NCBI GenBank assembly: GCA_016204335.1
Contig: JACQKU010000011.1
Span: 541-64,540 of the forward strand
Source of the DNA: Candidatus Liptonbacteria bacterium
Lineage (GTDB): Bacteria; Patescibacteriota; Minisyncoccia; UBA6257; 2-01-FULL-56-20
Direction: 5' to 3'
DNA length: 64,000 nucleotides
The notes beneath the pieces are model-generated. The model did no database searches and was not told the origin of the DNA. It worked only from the letters and a program-made list of their open reading frames with translations. Positions within the stretch are counted from its first letter, which is position 1. Each line of letters begins with the position of its first letter. This document shows, in pieces, positions 38,518-48,469 of this stretch. Both the position numbers and the translations under genes were made by a program.

Positions 38518-39765
38518 TTATTTCTTCTTCCTCCTTAAAAACGTCGGGATGTCCCAGATGTCGCTTTCCTTGTCTGGTTTCAAAGGCGGTTTCTTTTTTG
38601 GTTCGATGTGTTCCGGTTTGTCGCTCGCCAAGGGAGAATTTTTTTCTTTCGCGTTCGGCGAGGCGGCCGGCAAATCATCGAACTTTCCACCGCTTCCCCC
38701 GTTTCTTTCTTCAATCAGAAAACTTTCCCGCTTGGTCTGATATGTTCCGAACAGGGAATTTGCCGGAAGCATTCCGTTGATGCCCGTAGCGATGAGCGTT
38801 ATTTTAATCTGATTCGGCTTGAGGTTACGGTCGCGGTACGCGCCGAAAATTATTCTTGCTCCCGGGTCGGCCGCCTGCGCCACCAATCGCGCCGCTTCGC
38901 TGACTTCGTTCATCCCGAGGTCGCGGCCGCCCGAAATGCCGAGAAGAATGGCTTTGGCGCCTTCCGCGTTCACTTCAATAAGCGGAGAGTTGATGGACTG
39001 TTTTACCGCTTCGGTTGCCCGCTCCGGACCGCTCGCGATGCCGAGTCCGACAATCGCAGTGCCCGCGTTTTCCATAATGGACCGCACATCGGCGAAATCC
39101 AGATTGATTATCCCCGGAGCGACAATCAGTTCCACAATGCCCTGGAGCGCGCTCCGCAAAACGTCATCGATGGCTTCGAACGCTTTTAAAAGCGGGGTGT
39201 CTTTTGAAATAACGCTGAAAATCCGGTCGTTTGGAACGACAATCAGCGCATCCACTCTGTCCCGCAGCTTCGCAAGGCCTTCCTGAGAAATGCGGTCCCT
39301 TTGGCTGCCTTCGAAGCCGAACGGTCTCGTCACAAACGCAAGCGTCAACGCGCCTGCCTGCTTCGCGATTTCCGCCACGACCGGCGTGGCGCCCGTGCCG
39401 GTTCCTCCTCCGAATCCGGCGGCCAAAAAAACCAAGTCCGCTCCTTTGAGCGCCTCGGCAATTTCCGAGCGATTTTCTTCTGCCGCCTGCCGGCCGATAT
39501 CGGGGTTCATTCCGGTCCCGAGACCGCGGGTCAAATTGCGGCCGATATAGATTTTTCTGCGGACTCCGCAACGGTCCAAATCCTGATGGTCGGTGTTGAT
39601 GGCGATAAATTCCACTCCGCGGATGAAATTGCGGCTCATCCGCGATATCGCGTTGCCGCCGCCGCCGCCGATGCCGACAACTTTGATGACTATCGGCGAA
39701 TTGTCCAATTTTTCTTTCTTAATCTTAATTTTCGGATGGGACTTTTTTTTCATGGTAGTAATCAC
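38518..39765 (-). CDS. ftsZ: Cell division GTPase FtsZ
   Basis: VVGIGGGGGNAISRM, GGGTGTG tubulin signature. Confidence 0.95.
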   Translation of the reverse strand: MITTMKKKSHPKIKIKKEKLDNSPIVIKVVGIGGGGGNAISRMSRNFIRGVEFIAINTDHQDLDRCGVRRKIYIGRNLTRGLGTGMNPDIGRQAAEENRSEIAEALKGADLVFLAAGFGGGTGTGATPVVAEIAKQAGALTLAFVTRPFGFEGSQRDRISQEGLAKLRDRVDALIVVPNDRIFSVISKDTPLLKAFEAIDDVLRSALQGIVELIVAPGIINLDFADVRSIMENAGTAIVGLGIASGPERATEAVKQSINSPLIEVNAEGAKAILLGISGGRDLGMNEVSEAARLVAQAADPGARIIFGAYRDRNLKPNQIKITLIATGINGMLPANSLFGTYQTKRESFLIEERNGGSGGKFDDLPAASPNAKEKNSPLASDKPEHIEPKKKPPLKPDKESDIWDIPTFLRRKKK

Positions 39766-39857
39766 GAATATACGAATTAACGCAAATATACGAATCGGTA
39801 TATTATCGCTACTTGTATATTATTTTTCATTTGTATATTTGCGATTACTCCATCAAC

Positions 39858-41078
39858 TTACGGAAGGAAATGGCGCAACAATTCTGTAAATTTGGAGAGT
39901 GACGCGGCTACGGGCTGTTGGCGGCGCTGGTGGTCGTATGCCCAGAGAACCAAACCGAGCGCGTTCACGAATTCCGGGTCTTCGAACACGTCTCCGAAAT
40001 CATTGCCCTCGTTCCCCCATTCCTCGCGTAGCGTCAAACCGATTTGGCTCGCGAGCTTCAACTCCTGTTTTACAAGCTCGGTCATTCCTGGCATTTTGGC
40101 GCCGCCGCCGACAAGAACCGCTCCGCCGGCGAGTTTGCCGGATTTGCCGTATGCCCGCAGTTCATTATTCACGAATTCAAAGATTTCGGCAAGTCGGGAC
40201 TCGATTATCTCGGCTACGAACCGCCGCGATACCGCGCCATGCTCCGCCGGCGAGAATTTTTCGAGGCCGACGGTTTCCCGCGAACTCACCTCTTTGGCGA
40301 GGGCATATCCGTAATGAAGTTTCAAATTCTCGGCGGCGGCAACCGGAATCTTGAGCCCGACAGCCAAATCATTCGTGATATTGCCTGCGCCGAAAGGAAT
40401 AATGCCCGTGCCGACAAGTTTATTTTCCTCGAAAACGGAAAAGCCGGTGGTGCCCGCTCCGATATCGATTAACACGACACCCAATTCTTTTTGCGTCTTA
40501 CTCAATGCCGCGCGGCCCGCTATCAAAGGATTCAGCACCAAACCGCCGATTCTGCCGCCGGCGACTTCAACGGCTTTCATAACGCTTTTCACGTGCGGAG
40601 CAAACGCGTCAATAACGAGGCAATTCACTTCAAGACGATTTCCGCTCAATCCGAGCGGGTCGTTGATGTCACTGACCCCGTCAACAATATATTCCCGGGT
40701 GACATTGTGGATAATCATTCGGTTCGGAGCAAGATTGACGGCCTGGCTCGCCCTGATGACTTTTTCGATATCATCGCGGTAAATTTCGCTGTCGGCTCTC
40801 GAGACGGCGACTATGCCCCGCGAATTTTGCGCTTTGACTTGCGGGCTTCCGATATTGACGTAAATCGTCTTAATGGCCGATTTGTGGTTCTTTTTCACCT
40901 CGCCAAGAAGCCTCCCTATTGCAGGTGAAACCTCTCCTATTTCAATGACCGCGCCTCTTCTCAATCCCACCGAGGGCTCTTTAAACACCGCGCGGAGAAC
41001 AGGCCGGTTGTTCCGAACCTCTGCAACCGCGGCTTTTATCATCGAAGTTCCGATGTCGAGGCCGACGATGTAGTTCAT
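39858..41078 (-). CDS. ftsA: Cell division protein FtsA
   Basis: 406 aa actin-like ATPase, IVGLDIGTSMIKAAV, DIGAGTTG. Confidence 0.9.
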   Translation of the reverse strand: MNYIVGLDIGTSMIKAAVAEVRNNRPVLRAVFKEPSVGLRRGAVIEIGEVSPAIGRLLGEVKKNHKSAIKTIYVNIGSPQVKAQNSRGIVAVSRADSEIYRDDIEKVIRASQAVNLAPNRMIIHNVTREYIVDGVSDINDPLGLSGNRLEVNCLVIDAFAPHVKSVMKAVEVAGGRIGGLVLNPLIAGRAALSKTQKELGVVLIDIGAGTTGFSVFEENKLVGTGIIPFGAGNITNDLAVGLKIPVAAAENLKLHYGYALAKEVSSRETVGLEKFSPAEHGAVSRRFVAEIIESRLAEIFEFVNNELRAYGKSGKLAGGAVLVGGGAKMPGMTELVKQELKLASQIGLTLREEWGNEGNDFGDVFEDPEFVNALGLVLWAYDHQRRQQPVAASLSKFTELLRHFLP

Positions 41079-41148
41079 AATAATAGTTAGAAATTTAGTT
41101 ATTAAGTTATTGGGTTATTATTGATGATCCGGAAAATCCCACAATAAC

Positions 41149-41553
41149 TCAATAACCTAATTTCCTAATTACATTCTTTTCCAATTTTTCCATTTTCATT
41201 CTATCACTTTTTTTCTTGTGGTGATAGCCCAAAAGGTGCAAAACGCCGTGTATGAGAAGGCGAGACAGCTCTCGGATATCGCCCTTCGCAAGGTCCAAAT
41301 TGAGATAGATTTCGCCCAGTTTTATCCCTCTTTTTTCGGGTTGAGGCCAGTGTTTCGGCTCCGGAAACGCGAGAACATTCGGAGGTCCTTTTTCACTGGG
41401 CAGGAATTTTTTCTTCAACCGCAGCATTTCTTTATGGGGCAATAAAAAAATGTCCGCTTTCTTACGGACTGTTTTGCGGAGGTCAACGGTTTTTAGGATA
41501 TTTTCGGAAACTTTCCGAAGTTTTTTTTCCAGTTGAAAGTTCTTTCGCCTCAT
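41149..41553 (-). CDS. ybeY: rRNA maturation endoribonuclease YbeY
   Basis: HGVLHLLGYHH zinc-binding motif. Confidence 0.85.
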   Translation of the reverse strand: MRRKNFQLEKKLRKVSENILKTVDLRKTVRKKADIFLLPHKEMLRLKKKFLPSEKGPPNVLAFPEPKHWPQPEKRGIKLGEIYLNLDLAKGDIRELSRLLIHGVLHLLGYHHKKKSDRMKMEKLEKNVIRKLGY

Positions 41554-41557
41554 ATTG

Positions 41558-41977
41558 TTAAAATGGTTTGTACCCGGCTTTGAAAAGATTTGCGAGTGGA
41601 ATGAATCTCGGCTCGGGTATGCTTTCCCATTCTGACCATTGAAATTCCGCGATTTTGTCCGGCTCGTTCACGCTGACTTCGCCGCCGGCATATTCTCCTT
41701 TCATAAAAATGGTGATGTAATGCGTATTGTTGTACTCCGGTGTAATGTCGTTAGTGACATAAGCGAAAGAAAGATTTTCAACTTCTAATCCGGTCTCTTC
41801 TTTAAGTTCTCTTCTGGCGCATTCTTCCCAAGATTCGCCGAATTCCAGTTTTCCGCCGGGCAAACACCAAGTTCCATTTCCGGTGCCGCTCATTCGTTTG
41901 CCAACGAGAACTTTTCCTTCTTTGAGAACAATAACGGCGACACCGACTCCTGGATAGCGCTTACCCTCTATGTTCAT
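41558..41977 (-). CDS. NUDIX hydrolase
   Basis: Nudix box GGKLEFGESWEECARRELKEETGL. Confidence 0.85.
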   Translation of the reverse strand: MNIEGKRYPGVGVAVIVLKEGKVLVGKRMSGTGNGTWCLPGGKLEFGESWEECARRELKEETGLEVENLSFAYVTNDITPEYNNTHYITIFMKGEYAGGEVSVNEPDKIAEFQWSEWESIPEPRFIPLANLFKAGYKPF

Positions 41978-42420
41978 AATTTTTCTTTCACGATTTCGCT
42001 CACGAGTTTGCCGTCTGCTTTTCCTTTTACTTTTTTCATCGCTTCTTTCATCAGCGAATTGAAATCGTTAAAACCCTGATTTTTCAAGTCGCCGATGATT
42101 TTCTCCAGTTCTTCGCGGCTCATTTCCGGCGGCAGATATCCTGTTATAAGCGCGAGTTCCAGCTCTTCTTTCTGAACCAACTCGGGACGCCCGCCTTTTT
42201 TGAAAAGCTCGATTGCTTCTCTCCTTTTTTTAACTTCTTTCTGAAGCGTTTCGACCACTTCTTCGCCGGTAAGCGTCGGCGCCTGGCCGGTGCTTCTTTT
42301 TTCGATTTCGCGATTTTGAATCTGGGCGAGTAAAAACCGCACTACGTCGGTTTTTTCTTTCATGCCGGCTTTCATTGCCTCTTTCAAATCCTGCGTCAGT
42401 TTTTCTTTAAGTCCTTCCAT
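41974..42420 (-). CDS. yqeY: GatB/YqeY domain protein
   Basis: 148 aa; LTQDLKEAMKAG...RFLLAQIQN pattern of YqeY. Confidence 0.8.
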   Translation of the reverse strand: MEGLKEKLTQDLKEAMKAGMKEKTDVVRFLLAQIQNREIEKRSTGQAPTLTGEEVVETLQKEVKKRREAIELFKKGGRPELVQKEELELALITGYLPPEMSREELEKIIGDLKNQGFNDFNSLMKEAMKKVKGKADGKLVSEIVKEKL

Positions 42421-42520
42421 AGTATAGACCGATCCGAAAAATCCGAATTAACCCGAATGCCCCGAATTCTTAATTTTTTATTCGTATCATTCGGATGCAT
42501 TAGTAGCTTCGGATCGCGTT

Positions 42521-42739
42521 TTACAACAGCCCCAACTTCCTGAGCCGTTCCCGCTCCGCTTTCTTCTTCGTGCGGTGAAGGGCTGAGACCCGCATCCTCC
42601 GTTTGCTGGTTGGTCGGGTGCGGAACCTTCTTTTTCTGAATTCTTTCACGACGCCGCTCTGTTTCACCCGTTTTGAAAACCGGTACAGAAGAGTGCTCCC
42701 TGATTCACCTTCTCGTTTTCTTGATTGTATGGCTGCCAT
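42521..42739 (-). CDS. rpsU: 30S ribosomal protein S21
   Basis: RFSKRVKQSGVVKEFRKRRFRTRPTSKRR...KKKAERERLRK matches S21; ATG at 42739 (tracker start 42751 is TTG). Confidence 0.75.
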   Translation of the reverse strand: MAAIQSRKREGESGSTLLYRFSKRVKQSGVVKEFRKRRFRTRPTSKRRMRVSALHRTKKKAERERLRKLGLL

Positions 42740-42744
42740 GTTAA

Positions 42745-42830
42745 AATGCAAATATCAAAATGGAAAATGACAGATAAAAATGTAAAAATTTTGAATTTTA
42801 CATTGTCATTTTGAACTTTGATTTTTAATT
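42745..42830. repeat. AT-rich inverted-repeat intergenic element, family 2 (copy 1 of 3)
   Basis: caaatatcaaaatggaaaatgacagataaaaatgtaaaaa...tttacattgtcattttgaactttgatttttaatttttga; related copies at 56149-56262 and 62685-62798. Confidence 0.7.
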
Positions 42831-43238
42831 TTTGATTTTCTTTATACGTTCTGCAATTTCACGGATTGTTTCTTTCGGCTGATTATCGACCACTGAATGG
42901 ATTGAACCGCCGCCGTCATTTTGAAATCGCGGAATGATATGAATATGAAAATGCTCAATGGTCTGGCCGCTCGCTTTGCCCTGATTGATGCCGATTGTAA
43001 ATCCATCCGGCGCAAGAACCTTCTGCAATAATTTCGTCACATTCCTGACTGCGGAAAAGAGCGGCGCAAGTTCGCCTTCTCCCAAATCAAGAATGGTTTC
43101 GGCGTGTTTCTTCGGCATTACCATGCTGTGCCCAAGGGCAATCGGATGAATATCAAGTATCGCGAACGCGCCGTCATCCTCATAAATGATTTCTGACGGA
43201 ATCTCCTTATTGCCGATTTTGCAAAAGAGGCAGTCCAT
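42825..43238 (-). CDS. HIT-family nucleotide hydrolase
   Basis: Histidine triad HFHIHIIPR. Confidence 0.85.
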   Translation of the reverse strand: MDCLFCKIGNKEIPSEIIYEDDGAFAILDIHPIALGHSMVMPKKHAETILDLGEGELAPLFSAVRNVTKLLQKVLAPDGFTIGINQGKASGQTIEHFHIHIIPRFQNDGGGSIHSVVDNQPKETIREIAERIKKIKN

Positions 43239-43243
43239 AATTT

Positions 43244-43355
43244 TAGAAATTGGTTGTTAGAAAATAGATATTGGTAATGTAAAATGGAAATTAGAAATTA
43301 ATTGATTTTCTATTTTCCAGTTTCTAATTTCTATTACTATTTTCCAATTTCCAAA
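43244..43355. repeat. AT-rich inverted-repeat intergenic element, family 1 (copy 1 of 2)
   Basis: gaaattggttgttagaaaatagatattgg...attttctattactattttccaatttccaa; second copy 54843-54929 with same termini. Confidence 0.7.
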
Positions 43356-43376
43356 AGCAATTTTCAAGGCGCGCTT

Positions 43377-44693
43377 TTAATGACTCTTTAGTCGCTTCCT
43401 GACTTCATCGACGATTGTATCTATGCGGACGCTTTCCTGCAAGTGGGTCTCCAAATCGCGTATGATGATGCTCTGTTCGAAAATTTCTTTTTGGCCGAAA
43501 ATCAACGCAAGCCGCGCGCCTTCGCGGTCAGCGAGACGCAATTGAGTTTTCAGCGAATCGCGTCCAAGCGCTTCAGTCGCGGAAATCCCCGCCGAGCGCA
43601 ATGATTCGAGAAGATTCAAAGATTTTTTCTTGGCGAGTTCGCCGACATGAATAAGAAACACTTTTTTATGGACTCTCGGCGGCGCCTCAAGCCCCTGCGC
43701 TTTCATTACGGAAATCAGCCGCTCGATGCCCACTGCGGCGCCGATTGCGGGAGTCATCCTGCCCCCGAGCATCTCGATGAGATAATCGTATCTTCCTCCG
43801 GCAGGAAGCGCGCCGAACTCCGAGCCGGGCCCCTCCACGAAAAATTCAAACACCGTGCGATTATAGTAATCGAGGCCGCGCACCAGCGCGCTGTCTATCG
43901 AATACGGCATCTTCAGTTCCTCGAGATATTCGAGAACGCTTTTGAAATGGGAACTGCAGCCGTTGCAAAGCTTGTCGAGAAAATTCGGCGCATCCGCTTT
44001 GAATTGCTGGCAGTTATCGTGTTTGCAATCGAGCAATCGAAGCGGGTTTGTCTTCAGACGGCGCTGGCAGTCCGTGCAAAGTTTTTTCTCCTTGTTTTTG
44101 TAATAACTTTGAAGATGCCGCTTATAATTCGGACGGCAGATTCGGCATCCGATAGAATTGATTTTTAAAACGATATTCTTGATTTTGAGATTTTTCAGAA
44201 GCCGGTCGCACAGCAAAATTATCTCGGCATCGTAAATCGGGTCATTCGAGCCGCCCATTACCTCGAATCCGATTTGCGTGAATTGCCGAAACCTGCCGGC
44301 CTGGGGACGTTCGTGCCTGAACATCGGTCCCCGATAAAAAAATTTTTGCAGCGAAGCGGTTCTGCCGAGATGGTGTTCGAGATACGCTCTTGCAATGGGA
44401 GACGTGCCTTCCGGCCGAAGCACCAGACGGTCTTCGCCCTTGCTTTTCACAAAATACATTTCTTTTCCAACCATATCGGTCTCTTCCCCAACGCCGCGTT
44501 CAAAAACCGACGCGTATTCCAAAATAGGCGTCTCGATGCGGTTGAAATTGTAAAATCCGGCGAGCTCGTTCACTTCTTTCGAAATTTTGTCCCACCAAAT
44601 TTGCTCGGAAGGCAGTATGTCCCGCATTCCCCTCGGCGCGCGAAGCTCTTCTTTGGAAATTTTCTTGTTTTTACTTTTAATTTTTTTTCTCAT
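43377..44693 (-). CDS. hisS: Histidyl-tRNA synthetase with Cys-rich insertion
   Basis: Class II aaRS motifs, RGMRDILP, C-terminal anticodon-binding domain; ATG at 44693. Confidence 0.9.
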   Translation of the reverse strand: MRKKIKSKNKKISKEELRAPRGMRDILPSEQIWWDKISKEVNELAGFYNFNRIETPILEYASVFERGVGEETDMVGKEMYFVKSKGEDRLVLRPEGTSPIARAYLEHHLGRTASLQKFFYRGPMFRHERPQAGRFRQFTQIGFEVMGGSNDPIYDAEIILLCDRLLKNLKIKNIVLKINSIGCRICRPNYKRHLQSYYKNKEKKLCTDCQRRLKTNPLRLLDCKHDNCQQFKADAPNFLDKLCNGCSSHFKSVLEYLEELKMPYSIDSALVRGLDYYNRTVFEFFVEGPGSEFGALPAGGRYDYLIEMLGGRMTPAIGAAVGIERLISVMKAQGLEAPPRVHKKVFLIHVGELAKKKSLNLLESLRSAGISATEALGRDSLKTQLRLADREGARLALIFGQKEIFEQSIIIRDLETHLQESVRIDTIVDEVRKRLKSH

Positions 44694-44805
44694 TTGTAAT
44701 TGTAAGATGATACTAATATACAAATTTTACTAATGATACAAATAGATACGAATTCGCATTATTCGTATCATTCGCATGCATTTGTATATTGGCATCTATA
44801 TTTTT

Positions 44806-45372
44806 CTAATACGACGGCGCGGCGAACACTTGAAGCGAACTCGGCGGCCAAAGCCGGAATTGAACCAACCCCACAATTTCTCCGGCTTTCAGCACTCCCC
44901 AATTTCTCGAATCAAAACTGTAAGCGCGGTTATCTCCCAAAACAAAATAGCTGCCGTCCGGTATTTGAAACTCTCCTTCTCCCGCGGTATTCGTTCCTCC
45001 GGGGAGATACTTCTCGTCGAGCGCAAGGCCATCGGGATGTTCTTTATTGAAAACCGTCACGCGGCCCCCTTTTAGTTTAATCCGCTCTCCCGACAATCCG
45101 ACAATTCTTTTTATAAAATATTGCGGAGCTGATTCGTATTTTGGATAACGGAATACGATGACTTCTCCTCTTTCCGGTTGCCGGAAACGATACGTCACTT
45201 CATCGACCAAAAGATAGTCGCCGTCAGAGAAATTCGGAATCATGCTCGACCCGCTCACCAAAAACGGCTGTACAAGAAAACTTCGGATAAGAAACACCGC
45301 TCCGAACGCGACCACAACCACTTCGATTACTTCAAGAAACGACGCGAGAAATTGTCTCATAATGGGCTTCAT
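44806..45372 (-). CDS. lepB: Signal peptidase I
   Basis: SGSSMIPNF Ser box, GDNRAYSFDSR box. Confidence 0.85.
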   Translation of the reverse strand: MKPIMRQFLASFLEVIEVVVVAFGAVFLIRSFLVQPFLVSGSSMIPNFSDGDYLLVDEVTYRFRQPERGEVIVFRYPKYESAPQYFIKRIVGLSGERIKLKGGRVTVFNKEHPDGLALDEKYLPGGTNTAGEGEFQIPDGSYFVLGDNRAYSFDSRNWGVLKAGEIVGLVQFRLWPPSSLQVFAAPSY

Positions 45373-45529
45373 TGTATACTAGTAAAATAAGGAATTCAAG
45401 TAGGAGCTTCGAAATTACGAAATTTTGCGAATATGCGAATGATATCCGTAAGCGAAACCGCACAAAAAATTCGCGAACCGGTTTTTGGAAAATTCGTATT
45501 TTCGCGTTGATTCCTGATTTCGCATCCCA

Positions 45530-46138
45530 ATGACCAAAGAACTTTCGGACATCAAGCTTCTTATCGGATTGGGCAATCCGGAAAAAGCATACGAAAATAC
45601 CTACCATAATGCGGGAAGGTTGTTCGCCGACTGGCTTTTAAAAACATTGTTTCTGTTGCCGGACGCCAAATTTCGGAAGCCAACCGCGCCGAAAAATTTC
45701 GAGTATCTGAAAACGGAATATGCCGTTTTCGCGAGACCGCTTCTTTTTATGAACGAAAGCGGCGCGGCGGTTCAGGCGGCGTTAAAATTTTTTAACGCCG
45801 GGCCGGAAGAACTCCTCGTCATCCACGATGACAGCGATATCGAACTGGGCAGTTACAAAATTTCTTTCGGCCGCGGAGCCGGAGGGCATCGCGGAGCAGA
45901 GTCAATCATCCGGAAGTTGAAAACAAAAAAATTCTGGAGAATTCGAATCGGCATCCGCCCTCCGGCCGCTGATAAACGCAGATTAAAAAACGATATCAGC
46001 GAGAATCTGCGTAGTAATCTGCGAGAATCCGCGACGCGAGCGAAAGCGAGCGAGATTGTGCTCAAAAAAATAAGCCGTGCGGACGAAAAAATACTTGATT
46101 CGACGTTTCGGGATATTCAAAAGAAATTTTTCGAATAA
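45530..46138 (+). CDS. pth: Peptidyl-tRNA hydrolase with C-terminal extension
   Basis: IGLGNPEKAYENTYHNAGRLF and GHRG motifs. Confidence 0.85.
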   Translation: MTKELSDIKLLIGLGNPEKAYENTYHNAGRLFADWLLKTLFLLPDAKFRKPTAPKNFEYLKTEYAVFARPLLFMNESGAAVQAALKFFNAGPEELLVIHDDSDIELGSYKISFGRGAGGHRGAESIIRKLKTKKFWRIRIGIRPPAADKRRLKNDISENLRSNLRESATRAKASEIVLKKISRADEKILDSTFRDIQKKFFE

Positions 46139-46192
46139 TGATAACGCGATGCGCCTTCAATAATAAAGCAATGGTCGGCGGTAATCGCCCAG

Positions 46193-46222
46193 CGAGCCGC
46201 TATGACGCGTCATAGCGGCTCG
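46193..46222. promoter_or_regulatory. 30-bp perfect palindrome CGAGCCGCTATGACGCGTCATAGCGGCTCG downstream of pth
   Basis: Self-complementary; CCGCTATG...CATAGCGG half-sites identical to those of the 41-bp regulator-flanking repeat. Confidence 0.6.
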
Positions 46223-46247
46223 GCTCAAGCGCAACGAGAATTAGGAT

Positions 46248-47798
46248 TTACTTCTTTAACGCAAAGTTTACGATGAAAGATAACCCTTCGTTTTTCGGCT
46301 GGATATCCGAAAGCGGAAGATTGACCGAATCGAACGCAGGGTCCGCCGCCAAGGCGTTTTTAAAATTCAACAATATATCCCGCGATTTTACCCCGCCGCT
46401 CAATACCGCCGGCAGGCCGCCCGCCTGGAGATGCAACCTGTCGAGTGTCAGCCCGCCGGAGTTCATCAATGAACCGATTTTATCGGCAAGAAGCGTCTTA
46501 GGCTTCAACGAACCCTGAGTGGAAGAAACGAACGAAACCAAACGATTGAATTCGTCTATTTGGCTTTTGAGAGAACCTATCTCCTCCGTCCGTTTTTCGT
46601 TCATGGAAAAAGACGATTGCGACTCCAAGGAATTACGCAGGTTAACCAAAGACAAATACGATATGACAAGCGCAGCAAGAAGAATACCCAGCAAAGAGGG
46701 CGCCAATAGTTCCCAGAATTTCAAAAAATCCATTATCTGCAGCCGGCGGAATTCCTCCTGAACCGTGATGCCGAGAAGATTGATGTCGCGGTCTTTGGAA
46801 CGGGGTATATCGGCCCGGAGCGCGCCCCCGACGACCTCAAACAATTCCCTTCCGACCGGCTGGTCGAGTTTTAATTTCAGTTCTCTTACGGCCAAGGAAA
46901 AATTTTCCTTTATAATTTTGGAAATCTCTTCTGCAAAGCTGTTTGTCAAAAGAAACGCTCCCGTAAGCGGTTCGGGCCACTGGCTACCGTAAAAATTAAG
47001 AACTTGATGAAGATTCCGCTTGACAGCCGCTTCGAAATCCTGCCAAGAAATCTGCTTAGTGTCTCCCTGAATATCTTTCCATGAATTAAAATACTCGAAA
47101 TGAAGCTGTCCCCGCCGGATAATTAAAAACTGGAGTCCGCGATTATCAATGCTAGCCAGGAGATAAAACTTGTCTGGTTCGAATCCAGCCCCCTGTTCGC
47201 GCAACAAACGGACGAGAGACAATGCTCCCGTTTCCATTGCAATCGGAAAGAATCCGGCCTCTTTCAATAAACCGCTTGTCCGGTCAACGAACGTTTTATT
47301 CGCAAACGCGGTTAAAATCTCAAGCTTCGACTCGCTTTGATTCCTGTCGACGGGCTGCCAGCCGGAATACGCCTGCGAGAGTTCAATGGGGGAAATCATC
47401 TTGATATTCAGCCGAACCGCCTCTTCAAGGTTCTCTCCCTCAATCAGCGGCAGGGTGAACGCCTGGATATAAATACGCGTAGAACTCAACGTCGCGACCA
47501 CATTGATAAGTTTTCCTTGATGAAAATCGGCGGAAATTTGTTCGCGTAAACTTCTTAATGCTTCAACCAGCTGTTCCCGGTTTTTCACTTCTCCGCTCTC
47601 AATAATTCCGGGCGGCAGACGAATACCCGCCACATGGAGCGCTTTGTCTTTGAAATAGGCGAAGCGAAGCGCCGTGTCGGAAATCTCAAGGCCTCCGATT
47701 TTCGTTCTCGCTTGCAGGAACGATAATATTTTCTCCGATATATTTTTTACCTGTATCGGAATTTTTATATCTATCTTGTTAGAGATGCGATAAAGCAT
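46248..47798 (-). CDS. pilM: Type IV pilus assembly protein PilM fused to PilN-like TM/periplasmic region
   Basis: 516 aa; actin-like ATPase fold N-terminal region, internal TM (LGILLAALVISYLSLV) and coiled-coil C-terminal part. Confidence 0.65.
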   Translation of the reverse strand: MLYRISNKIDIKIPIQVKNISEKILSFLQARTKIGGLEISDTALRFAYFKDKALHVAGIRLPPGIIESGEVKNREQLVEALRSLREQISADFHQGKLINVVATLSSTRIYIQAFTLPLIEGENLEEAVRLNIKMISPIELSQAYSGWQPVDRNQSESKLEILTAFANKTFVDRTSGLLKEAGFFPIAMETGALSLVRLLREQGAGFEPDKFYLLASIDNRGLQFLIIRRGQLHFEYFNSWKDIQGDTKQISWQDFEAAVKRNLHQVLNFYGSQWPEPLTGAFLLTNSFAEEISKIIKENFSLAVRELKLKLDQPVGRELFEVVGGALRADIPRSKDRDINLLGITVQEEFRRLQIMDFLKFWELLAPSLLGILLAALVISYLSLVNLRNSLESQSSFSMNEKRTEEIGSLKSQIDEFNRLVSFVSSTQGSLKPKTLLADKIGSLMNSGGLTLDRLHLQAGGLPAVLSGGVKSRDILLNFKNALAADPAFDSVNLPLSDIQPKNEGLSFIVNFALKK

Positions 47799-47905
47799 AT
47801 TTTTATAAATTATATAATGTCTGCTTGCGCATAACGGGATTCATCCCCTTAGAGAACGTTCGCTCAAAGCGACCGCAACTAATCTGTTTAAACAGAACTT
47901 GACGT

Positions 47906-48424
47906 TTAAAGAACCAGTAATCGCCACGACATAACATCGACCTTGCTCGTAGCGCCGTTTATTGAAACAATAACCTGAATTTTCCTTTGCCGAAAGAATA
48001 CTGTGGCGCTCGACACAATGGTTGCCTGGCCCGATACCGGAGCGTTCTGATTTACGGTAACGCTTGCCGAATCGCTGCCAACCGGAACCGAGTATGGCGT
48101 CGCGGCGAAGAAATCTTTGTTCCGCGCCAACTGCATCAATCCGTCTTCGGCGCCCGCCGAAGCGAGCGCCAGCGCCCGGTTTGCCGCCTGAAACCCGTAG
48201 CCGGAATTCAAAAAACTCGCCGCAAGAAACGCAAGTGTGGCTCCTATCGAAACAATAATCACGCCAATCAAAAATACAAAAGAGAGGACGGCCTGCCCCC
48301 TTCGGGGATATAGAAGCGAAAGGGTGCGAATATTTCTGCGAAATTTTGCGAATTTCTTTTTACTGGTTGAAACAAATTTTGACATTTGCTCTGCTTTATT
48401 TGAAATAATACCATACCAGTTCAT
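47906..48424 (-). CDS. Pseudopilin-like / pilus-associated membrane protein
   Basis: N-terminal hydrophobic helix then beta-rich domain; no canonical prepilin cleavage site. Confidence 0.4.
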   Translation of the reverse strand: MNWYGIISNKAEQMSKFVSTSKKKFAKFRRNIRTLSLLYPRRGQAVLSFVFLIGVIIVSIGATLAFLAASFLNSGYGFQAANRALALASAGAEDGLMQLARNKDFFAATPYSVPVGSDSASVTVNQNAPVSGQATIVSSATVFFRQRKIQVIVSINGATSKVDVMSWRLLVL

Positions 48425-48469
48425 TTTCGCATATATTCGCGCTTAGTTTCGCGCCATTTCGCTTCTACA